A stretch of DNA of 54,007 nt, taken from positions 1-54,007 of the forward strand of contig JANNIB010000313.1 of the NCBI GenBank assembly GCA_031404695.1, in the 5' to 3' direction. The notes beneath the pieces are model-generated. The model had not been told where the DNA came from and did no database searches. It saw only the letters and a list, made by a program, of their open reading frames with translations. The stretch's first letter is position 1, and each line of letters begins with the position of its first letter. The position numbers and the translations under genes were made by a program. This document shows positions 17,064 through 24,874 of this stretch, piece by piece. The stretch comes from Acidobacteriota bacterium (GTDB lineage Bacteria; Acidobacteriota; Vicinamibacteria; Vicinamibacterales; UBA2999).

Positions 17064-18208
17064 GATGCCCCTTTTCGCCCGACGAGCTCGAGCGTCTGCT
17101 CGATCGGCCGGTGCGTCATCTGCTCGGCCCCGCCGACCGCAAACGCTACGCCGGACAGCGTCTGCTCATCACCGGGGCCGGCGGCTCGGTGGGCTCCGAG
17201 CTCTCGCGTCAGCTGGCCGACTGCGGGCCCGATGTGCTGACGCTGGTCGATCACTCGGAGCTGCATCTGTTCGAGATCATGAAGGAGCTGGCGGATCGCG
17301 CGCCGGGGCTGGTGGTCGAGCCGGTGCTGGCCGACATCTGCCAGCAGCCGCTCGTCCGCCGCGCTGTCGCGCAGGCCGCCCCTGACGTCGTCTTCCATGC
17401 CGCCGCCTACAAACACGTGTCGATGATGGAACGCGACGTCTGCGCGGCCGTCGGCGCCAACGTCGTCGGCACCGCCAACGTCGTGGCGGCGAGCCGCGAG
17501 GCCGGGGCGCGCTTCGTGCTCATCTCGTCCGACAAGGCCGCCGCGCCGCGCAGCGTCATGGGAGCGACCAAGCGGCTGGCCGAACTGGTCACGCTTGCCG
17601 CCACCCCTGGCGACGCGCGGCCGATTGTCGTGCGCTTCGGCAACATCCTCGGCAGCAGCGGCAGCCTGCTGACGATCTTCCGCGATCGCATCCGCCGCGG
17701 CCTGCCGCTGGCGCTGACCGACCCGCTGGCCACCCGCTACGTGATGACGGCAGGGGAAGCGGTCGCCCTCGTGATGAAGGCGGACCTGCTGGCCCGGCGG
17801 CCCGAGACCTACTGGCTCGACATGGGCGAGCCGGTCGGCATCGGCGATCTCGCAGGCCGCCTGCTGGCGATTGAGGCCGAGGCGGGATTTGCGCGCGTGC
17901 CGATCGAGGTCGTTGGCCTCGGCCCCGGCGAGAAGCGCCGCGAGGAGCTGACGACCCAGGGGCTGCGGATGTGTCCGACGGCGCACCGCCGCATCTGGGT
18001 GGCGCGCCAGAAAGCCAACGACGGCGCGGCGGTGACGCGCGCCGTCGAACGGCTGCGGCGGCTGGTGGAGCAGGGCGAGGCCGAGGCCACGCTCGACCTG
18101 CTGGTCGCGGCGGTGCCCGACTTCGCGGCCAGCGACGAGGCGTGGGCGAGCGCCCGCCGCCGGGGTGCCCGAGGCCTGCGGCGCCCCGTGCTGCCTTGCA
18201 GCGCGTAA
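17060..18208 (+). CDS. CapD/WbpM/PglF-type nucleotide-sugar 4,6-dehydratase (soluble form)
   Basis: LLITGAGGSVGSEL is a Rossmann motif. FHAAAYKHVSMME contains YxxxK. ATGA overlap with motB. Confidence 0.85.
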   Translation: MRCPFSPDELERLLDRPVRHLLGPADRKRYAGQRLLITGAGGSVGSELSRQLADCGPDVLTLVDHSELHLFEIMKELADRAPGLVVEPVLADICQQPLVRRAVAQAAPDVVFHAAAYKHVSMMERDVCAAVGANVVGTANVVAASREAGARFVLISSDKAAAPRSVMGATKRLAELVTLAATPGDARPIVVRFGNILGSSGSLLTIFRDRIRRGLPLALTDPLATRYVMTAGEAVALVMKADLLARRPETYWLDMGEPVGIGDLAGRLLAIEAEAGFARVPIEVVGLGPGEKRREELTTQGLRMCPTAHRRIWVARQKANDGAAVTRAVERLRRLVEQGEAEATLDLLVAAVPDFAASDEAWASARRRGARGLRRPVLPCSA

Positions 18209-18216
18209 CGGAGGCC

Positions 18217-19344
18217 ATGGTGCGCATTCTCCATCTCCTCTCGTTCGTCAGCGGTGCGGCCGGCAACACCGTGACCGAGCTGGCCGTCGGTCAGAAGCGC
18301 GCCAGCCATCAGGTGACGGTCGTCACGTCGAAGACGCCGGTCGGCGGACTGATGAACGTCGCGCCGCTGATGCGCAAGCTCACCGACTCTGGCGTCACAG
18401 TGCATGAGATCGACTCGCTGGCCGCCCGGCAGATGGGGCCCAACGCCGCGGTCGTGCAATGCATCCACGATCAACTGGGCTCTGCCGCGGCCTTCGACGT
18501 GCTGCACACGCATGGCACCGTGCCGAGCGTCATCGCGATTGCGGCGGCCAAGCGGGTGAGTACACGGGTGCCGATCCTGCAGACCTCCCACGAATGGACC
18601 GTATCGCGGCCCGGCACCGGCCGTCAGGCCTACGACCTGGAAGTGATGAACCTCGTGGACCGTGCGGTGGTGCCGACGTGGGCGGTGGCGGAGCACTTCG
18701 TGGCGCGCGGCGTGGTGCCCCGCCAGTTGGCGGTCGTGCCCTACGGGGTGCTGCCCGATCCACCGCCCGCCTCGGGTGATCATCTGGAACTCGAGATGCG
18801 CGCCTGGCGCCAGGCCGGCGGCCTGGTGCTGTGCTACGTGAGCGCCACCACGACCGCGCACGACCAGCGGCTGCTGCTGCACGCGCTGCCGTTCGTGGAT
18901 CCCCGGCTCCACATCCTGTGCGTCTTCTTCGGCGGATCCGAAGCGCGCGAGACCGCGCCATGGCCGCACGAAGGGCCGGTCACCGTGCGGGTCGCGGCGC
19001 CCGATGCGGCCGTGCGGCAGTACTCCCACGAAGCGGACTTCCTGGTGCTGCCGTCGGGCGACGGCGACCAGCCGCTGGCCGTGCTCGAGGCGTTCTGCGA
19101 TCAGGTGCCGGTGGTGGCCAGCCGCGTGCCGGAGCTGGTCGAGTTCATCGACGACGGCCAGACCGGCTGGCTGTTCGACCCGACCGACACACGCGCTCTC
19201 GCCGAGACGCTGAACCTCGCCCGGACCACGGCGCCGAATGCGCTGCGGGCGCTCTGCCAGCGGGCGCGCGTGCGTTACCAGACCGAGTTCACCATCGACC
19301 GGATGGTGAGCGGCTACATGCGCGAGTACACGCGGCTGTCGTGA
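18217..19344 (+). CDS. glycosyltransferase, GT-B fold (GT4/GT1-like)
   Basis: The N-terminus is RILHLLSFVSGAAGN. The C-terminus LVLPSGDGDQPLAVLEAFCDQVPVVASRVPELVEFIDDGQTGWL has the E-x7-E region. A GGAGG Shine-Dalgarno is present. Confidence 0.8.
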   Translation: MVRILHLLSFVSGAAGNTVTELAVGQKRASHQVTVVTSKTPVGGLMNVAPLMRKLTDSGVTVHEIDSLAARQMGPNAAVVQCIHDQLGSAAAFDVLHTHGTVPSVIAIAAAKRVSTRVPILQTSHEWTVSRPGTGRQAYDLEVMNLVDRAVVPTWAVAEHFVARGVVPRQLAVVPYGVLPDPPPASGDHLELEMRAWRQAGGLVLCYVSATTTAHDQRLLLHALPFVDPRLHILCVFFGGSEARETAPWPHEGPVTVRVAAPDAAVRQYSHEADFLVLPSGDGDQPLAVLEAFCDQVPVVASRVPELVEFIDDGQTGWLFDPTDTRALAETLNLARTTAPNALRALCQRARVRYQTEFTIDRMVSGYMREYTRLS

Positions 19345-19458
19345 CTCCGGCCGGCGTGTCGGCGTGGCGTCCGCCGCCGCCCGGCCCACCGTCGGCCCGC
19401 CGACACCCGGCTTCGACGGATTGCACAGGATCGCCGGGCCTCGCCAGCCCCGCCGGCG

Positions 19459-19474
19459 CGGCACACACGTTGCT
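19459..19474 (+). promoter_or_regulatory. sigma-54-type promoter upstream of the second glycosylation operon
   Basis: CGGCAC-ACACG-TTGCT, versus the consensus TGGCAC-N5-TTGCW. The predicted start site is only about 2 nt before the ATG at 19487, which is a caveat. Confidence 0.45.
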
Positions 19475-19486
19475 GATACGGCGGGC

Positions 19487-21145
19487 ATGGTTTCCCCGAC
19501 CGTCCGCCTCGAATCCACGCCCACCGGCAGCGATGCCGGACACCAGCGGCGTCCTGCTCCGGCCGCAAGCCCACTGGCCGTCGGCCTCTTCAACGACAGC
19601 GCCGATGACGCGCAGGTCGTGAGCCTGGCCGTCTCGCACGCCCACCGCCGCATGCTGCAGCGGGCCGGGGCCCACGTGCGCCACGCCTACTTCCGCGGCG
19701 ACTGGCAGGAACTCGGCACCGGCACCCTCGACGAGGCGGTGGCTGCGGCCCTCGCCTCGCAGGAACTGCGACGCGTCTTCGCCGACATCGACGTGGTCGT
19801 CGTGGCCGGCGATACCTTGCGGGCGCAGCGTCACCGCCACCTGCTGGCCATTCTCGGCGCCGCGCAGCACCTCGACCTGCCGACCTACCTCGTGAACGCG
19901 ACCGTCGGCCCGCTCGACGAAGGCCACGACATCCTGCGCGGGCTCGCCGATTGCACCGTGCGCGACGCCGCCAGTGCCCGCGTCCTCAAGGCCCTCGGCG
20001 TGGCCCATCGTCGCGTCGCCGACTCGGTGTTCGGCGCCCCGTTTGGCGTCACCGCCCGGCGCGACTTCTCCGATCATCTGGTGGTCACCGATTGCCATCC
20101 GTCGCGCCGGGTGGAGTTCACGGCGGACCTGGCGGTCGTGCGCGGCGCCTGGCCAGGCATGGTGGCCGACTATCCGCTCGATGCGCCCGGAGGTTCGCTT
20201 GACTGGACCTCGGCGGTGGCCGACCTCGGCACCGCCTCGGCCGTCCTGACCGGCGGACGCGACGGCGCCAGCCTGGCGCTGCGGGCCGGGGTGCCATTTG
20301 TCGCGCTCGGCCTCGAGGGCGAGGCCATCGACTTCATCGAGACGCTCGACGGCTACCCGGCGGCGGCCGCCGATCCGGCGCGCCCGCTCGACGCGCGGCT
20401 CGCCTCGGCCATCGAGGCGCGGGCGTGGTTCGTCGAGACCGCGGCCCGCTGCCAGACCCGCGGCCCCGCCGAGGCCTTCTCGCGCCTGCGGCCGAGCATG
20501 GTGCCGAGCGGCCGCGACGATGCCTGGACCGGCGCCATCGAGGGGGTCATGGACGTCGTGTGCGGGCTGACCGCGGCCGGCGGCAGCGTGCTGCATGCGG
20601 GTGCCGGTCAGGGGCAGCTGGTCGAAGCGCTTGCCCGGAGCGGCTTGCGTGCCTGGGGCACCGACGTCGCCCGCCGGCTCGATCGTCCCGACCGCAACCG
20701 CTACTCCAGGGCGACGCCGATGGCGCTGCCATTTGCCGATCACGTCTTCTCGACGGTGGTCGTCTCGGCCGACTGGCTCGAACACCTCGAAGCCGATGAC
20801 CTCGACGCCGCGGTCGGCGAGCTCGCGCGCGTCGGCCGCGACACGCTGGTCGTCGAAGTGTCGGGACGTCCGGTGCGCGCCGAGCGCGCCTTCGAAGAGC
20901 GCCTGACTGACGACTGGTGGCGCCGCCGCCTGTCGATGCTCGGACTGCGGCTGCACGATCTCGCCGACACGCTCGTCACCCATGGCGCCGGCCCCACTGG
21001 CGGCACCTTGCTCGTCATGTCGGCGCAGGCGCAGCTCTGCCCGAGCTGCCGGCGCGTTCACGCGCCGGCCGACGCCATCGAGCCGGTGCATCCCGGGGTG
21101 CTGATGGCCGCCGCCGACGCGCGCGCCACGGCCCTGCGCCGGTGA
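19487..21145 (+). CDS. fusion protein: polysaccharide pyruvyl-transferase-like N-terminal domain plus class I SAM methyltransferase domain
   Basis: The N-terminal part has VGLFNDSADD...DVVVVAGDTL...YLVNATVGPL...VRDAASARVLKALGV, which is PS-pyruvyl-transferase-like. The C-terminal part has VLHAGAGQGQLVEALARSGLRAWGTD...FADHVFSTVVVSADWLEHL, a methyltransferase motif I/post-I pattern. The start is uncertain; the track ORF begins at 19364. Confidence 0.6.
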   Translation: MVSPTVRLESTPTGSDAGHQRRPAPAASPLAVGLFNDSADDAQVVSLAVSHAHRRMLQRAGAHVRHAYFRGDWQELGTGTLDEAVAAALASQELRRVFADIDVVVVAGDTLRAQRHRHLLAILGAAQHLDLPTYLVNATVGPLDEGHDILRGLADCTVRDAASARVLKALGVAHRRVADSVFGAPFGVTARRDFSDHLVVTDCHPSRRVEFTADLAVVRGAWPGMVADYPLDAPGGSLDWTSAVADLGTASAVLTGGRDGASLALRAGVPFVALGLEGEAIDFIETLDGYPAAAADPARPLDARLASAIEARAWFVETAARCQTRGPAEAFSRLRPSMVPSGRDDAWTGAIEGVMDVVCGLTAAGGSVLHAGAGQGQLVEALARSGLRAWGTDVARRLDRPDRNRYSRATPMALPFADHVFSTVVVSADWLEHLEADDLDAAVGELARVGRDTLVVEVSGRPVRAERAFEERLTDDWWRRRLSMLGLRLHDLADTLVTHGAGPTGGTLLVMSAQAQLCPSCRRVHAPADAIEPVHPGVLMAAADARATALRR

Positions 21146-21150
21146 ACGCC

Positions 21151-23061
21151 ATGGCCACCCGCGAACCCCTCTTCGACCTGCCGCGCCTGCGGCCGCGCTC
21201 CGCCGCGGCCCGCCAGCCCCTGCGCCTCCTCCACGTCACGGTCGGCCACAGCCCCCCGGGGCCGTCACTGGCCGAGGCGATCCACGCCGCCAGCCGTGGC
21301 GCTATCCGTGTCGACACCGCCCTCGGTCTCGGTCGTGCGCTCGACCATCTGCGTGCTCATCCCGCCGCTCTGGTGCTGCTGCAGGCGGAAGACGCCGACC
21401 TGGCCCGGGTCGCGCTGGCCGAAATCAAGCGCACCCACCCGGCGCTCCCGGTGGTGCTGCTCACCGATGCCGACGACGCGGCCGCCGTGGCGGCGGTGCG
21501 CGCCGGCGCCGAAGACTGCCTGTCACGCGCGGCGGCTACCGGGCCCCGGGTCGTGCGGGCGCTGCTGTGCGCCCTCGAGCGCACCAGCCACGCGGCGACG
21601 CTGCGCACGCAGGCGGTGACCGATCCGCTCACCGGGCTGCCGAACCGGCACGCGCTGCAGAAGGCGATCGATCATGCCATCGCGATGGCCCGCCGCAAGA
21701 GCCGCGCGCTGGCCGTGCTGTTTGTCGACCTCGACGGCTTCAAGGACATCAACGACGCCTGCGGCCACGAGCAGGGCGATCGCGTGCTTCAGGAGATCGC
21801 GCGCCGCTTTGCCGGCCGCACCCGCAGCATGGACACGGTGGCCCGCATCGGCGGCGACGAGTTCGTGGTGGTGATGGAAGATCTCGACGACAGCCGGTTC
21901 GCGTCCACGCTCGCCGGCAAGCTGCTCACGGCGGCCGCCGCGCCGATCGTGGTCGAGGGCCGCGTGACCGAGCTCACCGCCAGCGTCGGCATCAGCGTGT
22001 TCCCGGGGGATGGCGACGACGCCGCGGCACTCATCCGTCATGCCGACACCGCGATGTACGCGGCCAAGGCGGCGGGGAAGAACCAATACCGCTACTACCG
22101 CGCGCAGATGAACGAGCACTCGCGCGCCCGCACCGTGCTCGATGCGGCGCTCGCACGCGCGTTCGAGGGCGGCGAGTTCGAGCTGCACTACCAGCCCGTG
22201 TGGCAGTCTTCGGCGCGGCGCATCTCGTCGTGCGAAGCGCTGCTGCGCTGGCGCCGGCCCGGGCACGGCCTGATGCTGCCGGGGGCCTTCCTTGCGGCGG
22301 CTGACGAATCCGGCCTCGCGGGACGCCTCGCCCAGTGGGTGCTGACACGCGGTGGCGCCACCGCCCGGCGGATGCGCGAGGCCGGGTTCGACGTGCCGGT
22401 GTCGATCAACCTGTCGCGCCGGCAGCTGGTCGAAGGCGACATCGTGTCGTGCCTGGGGCGCGTGCTCGCAGACGGCACCGACGCCGCCGCGCTGCGCGTC
22501 GAGATCGCCGAGTCGGTGCTCGTCGCCGACGACCCGCGGGTGCACCAGGTGCTGGCCGACCTGGCCGGGCTCGGCATCGGCGTCATCGTCGACGACTTCG
22601 GCAGCGGCGTGTCGTCGCTGCGGGCGCTGCGCCGGGTACGCCCGCACAGCATCAAGATCGACGGCGCGCTGGCGCGTGAGCTGCCCGACGGGCACGACGC
22701 GGCGGCGCTGGTCAGCGCGGTCGTCTCGCTCGGCAAGACGCTCGGCGTGCACGTGGTGGCCGAAGGGGTCGAGACCGAGGCGCAGTCACGCCGTCTGCGG
22801 ACGCTCGGCTGCGACGACCTGCAGGGCTACTATTTCGGGCACGCGCTGCCCGATGACGAGTGGCTCGCGTATCTGCGCTGGGCGTGCACGGCGGTGGTAG
22901 GAACCGACGGGCCGGCCCCGGCGCTCGTGGTGCGGCGTCCTGGCCGTAGCCGCCGGGCCGCTGCGACCCCGTTCGCTGACGGCGCCGGCATGCCGGGCAT
23001 TCCCGGCGCGCCGCGCCTGACCAGGACCGGGCAGGTCGTGTTCGGCCGCTTCACGGATTGA
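21151..23061 (+). CDS. receiver-like domain plus GGDEF plus EAL protein (c-di-GMP turnover)
   Basis: RSMDTVARIGGDEFVV has the RxxD I-site and an intact GGDEF. The EAL side shows EALLRW, NLS, EIAES, DDFGSG, KIDGAL, EGVET and QGYYF. The N-terminal receiver-like fold has LVLLQAED where the acceptor Asp is expected. Confidence 0.9.
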   Translation: MATREPLFDLPRLRPRSAAARQPLRLLHVTVGHSPPGPSLAEAIHAASRGAIRVDTALGLGRALDHLRAHPAALVLLQAEDADLARVALAEIKRTHPALPVVLLTDADDAAAVAAVRAGAEDCLSRAAATGPRVVRALLCALERTSHAATLRTQAVTDPLTGLPNRHALQKAIDHAIAMARRKSRALAVLFVDLDGFKDINDACGHEQGDRVLQEIARRFAGRTRSMDTVARIGGDEFVVVMEDLDDSRFASTLAGKLLTAAAAPIVVEGRVTELTASVGISVFPGDGDDAAALIRHADTAMYAAKAAGKNQYRYYRAQMNEHSRARTVLDAALARAFEGGEFELHYQPVWQSSARRISSCEALLRWRRPGHGLMLPGAFLAAADESGLAGRLAQWVLTRGGATARRMREAGFDVPVSINLSRRQLVEGDIVSCLGRVLADGTDAAALRVEIAESVLVADDPRVHQVLADLAGLGIGVIVDDFGSGVSSLRALRRVRPHSIKIDGALARELPDGHDAAALVSAVVSLGKTLGVHVVAEGVETEAQSRRLRTLGCDDLQGYYFGHALPDDEWLAYLRWACTAVVGTDGPAPALVVRRPGRSRRAAATPFADGAGMPGIPGAPRLTRTGQVVFGRFTD

Positions 23062-23068
23062 GCCGCGC

Positions 23069-24118
23069 ATGTCCACGACCCGGCCGCGGCCAGCCACGGG
23101 ACCAGTGCCAGGCACCGCGACGACGGCCGAGGCGCCGGCGGCGGGTGCGGTGCCGTATGACTTCGGCCACGGGCTGTCGGAGGCGTTCCCCTCACAGGTC
23201 ATCATCGACGCGACCGAACTCTGCAACCTGTCGTGCACCCACTGTCCGCATCCGGCGTTCAAGCGGTCGTCGCACTACGGCGGACGATCGCTCAGCGTCG
23301 AGATGTGCGCCAAGGCGATCGGCGAAGTGGCGGATGCGGGTCGGGGGCACGTGCAATACGTCCGCTTCGCCAGCGACGGCGAGCCGCTGCTGCATCGATC
23401 GATCTTCACGATGCTGGCCGACGCCGTGCGGCGGTCCGGCACGTTCGTCTCGCTGACCACCAACGGCACCCTGCTCACGGAGTCGCGCATCGAGGCGCTG
23501 CTCGCGACCGGCGTCAACCTGGTGGACGTCAGCATCGACGCCTGGTCGGCGGAGACCTACGCGAAGATCCGGGTGCGGGGTGACCTCGCGGTCACCCGCG
23601 CCAACGTGATGCGGCTCATCAACCGGGCGCGGGAGACGGGCGCCGGCCTGCGCGTCGCCGTCAGCTTCATCGAACAGCCCGGCAACGCGCACGAGACCGG
23701 CGACTTCCAGCGGTTCTGGACCGACGCCGGCGCACACTCGGTCGCCATCCGCCGGCTCCACTCGGCCTCGGGCGCCGTCATCGGCGTCGCCGAGGTGATG
23801 CGGGGCAAGGCCGCGCAGCAGCCGCGTCGCCCGTGCGTGTATCCGTGGGATCGCGTGGTCGTGACGCCGCGGGCCACGCTCGCATTCTGTCCGTCGGACT
23901 GGACCGGTGGCTCATCGCTCGTGGACTACCACACGACCACGATCGCCGAGCTCTGGCGGAGCCAGGGCTACGCGGCGCTGCGCACCGCCCACCTGACCGG
24001 CGACTACAGTCACCACGCCTTTTGCGGGCAGTGCCCCGACTGGCAGGAGACCCGCTGGCCGGGTCAGGGCGCGACCTACGCCACCCTGGTCAGCAACCTG
24101 AAGGAGACGGCCGCATGA
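23069..24118 (+). CDS. radical SAM enzyme with Cys-rich SPASM/twitch-like C-terminal extension
   Basis: CNLSCTHCPH is the CxxxCxxC cluster motif. C-terminal cysteines occur in PCVYPW...FCPSDW...FCGQCPDW. Confidence 0.85.
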   Translation: MSTTRPRPATGPVPGTATTAEAPAAGAVPYDFGHGLSEAFPSQVIIDATELCNLSCTHCPHPAFKRSSHYGGRSLSVEMCAKAIGEVADAGRGHVQYVRFASDGEPLLHRSIFTMLADAVRRSGTFVSLTTNGTLLTESRIEALLATGVNLVDVSIDAWSAETYAKIRVRGDLAVTRANVMRLINRARETGAGLRVAVSFIEQPGNAHETGDFQRFWTDAGAHSVAIRRLHSASGAVIGVAEVMRGKAAQQPRRPCVYPWDRVVVTPRATLAFCPSDWTGGSSLVDYHTTTIAELWRSQGYAALRTAHLTGDYSHHAFCGQCPDWQETRWPGQGATYATLVSNLKETAA

Positions 24119-24849
24119 CGCCCGCCCGTGTCGTGACGCCGCTGGTCACCGAGATCGAGACCCTGGTGGACGGCGTGCCCGGATGGTCGCCCATCGACGA
24201 ACTGTTCACGCTCTCGACCCTGGTCTACGCGACCGCACACCTGCCGGGCGACGTGGTGGAAGTGGGGTCGTGGTTCGGTCGATCGGCGATCGCCCTCGGA
24301 GCGGCGGTGCGTGACACGCACGGACTGGTGCACTGCATCGATCCGTTTCCGGCCCGCGACGACTGGCGCCAGAACGCCGACGGCACCTACTCCTTCGAGG
24401 TCGACATCGACGGCCGGCGCCATGCCGGCTATCAGGAGCAGACCGTGTGGAGCGCTCCGTTCGAAGAGTCCCTGGCGCCGGTGTACGCGCGGCAGGGCAG
24501 CGTCTTTGAGGGGTTCCAGGCCAACATCCGCAGCCGCGGTCTCGAGGCGGTCGTGCGGCCGCACCGCGGCACCACGGCGACGTTTGCCGCTCAGGCGCCG
24601 CCCGGCTTCCGATGCCGGCTGATCTTCCTCGACGGCGATCACGGCGCCAGCGCGGTTGACGACGACCTGACGCGGTTGCTGCCCTGTCTGGTCGAGGGCG
24701 GCTGGATCTGCTTCGACGACGCGTTTTCGGTCTACGAGGGCGTGGACCGGGCCATCACGACGCACATCATCGAGAGCCCGGCCTTCGACATCAAGCGGCA
24801 GATGACCCGCAAATGTTTTGCGGCCCGCAAGGCCGCACGCGCGCAGTGA
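24115..24849 (+). CDS. class I SAM-dependent methyltransferase (Methyltransf_24-like)
   Basis: VVEVGSWFGRSAIALG and LIFLDGDHGASAVDDDL...GGWICFDD are family-typical. ATGA overlap with the radical SAM gene. Confidence 0.7.
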   Translation: MTPARVVTPLVTEIETLVDGVPGWSPIDELFTLSTLVYATAHLPGDVVEVGSWFGRSAIALGAAVRDTHGLVHCIDPFPARDDWRQNADGTYSFEVDIDGRRHAGYQEQTVWSAPFEESLAPVYARQGSVFEGFQANIRSRGLEAVVRPHRGTTATFAAQAPPGFRCRLIFLDGDHGASAVDDDLTRLLPCLVEGGWICFDDAFSVYEGVDRAITTHIIESPAFDIKRQMTRKCFAARKAARAQ

Positions 24850-24874
24850 GCGGCGGCGAGGAGCAACGCGCGTC

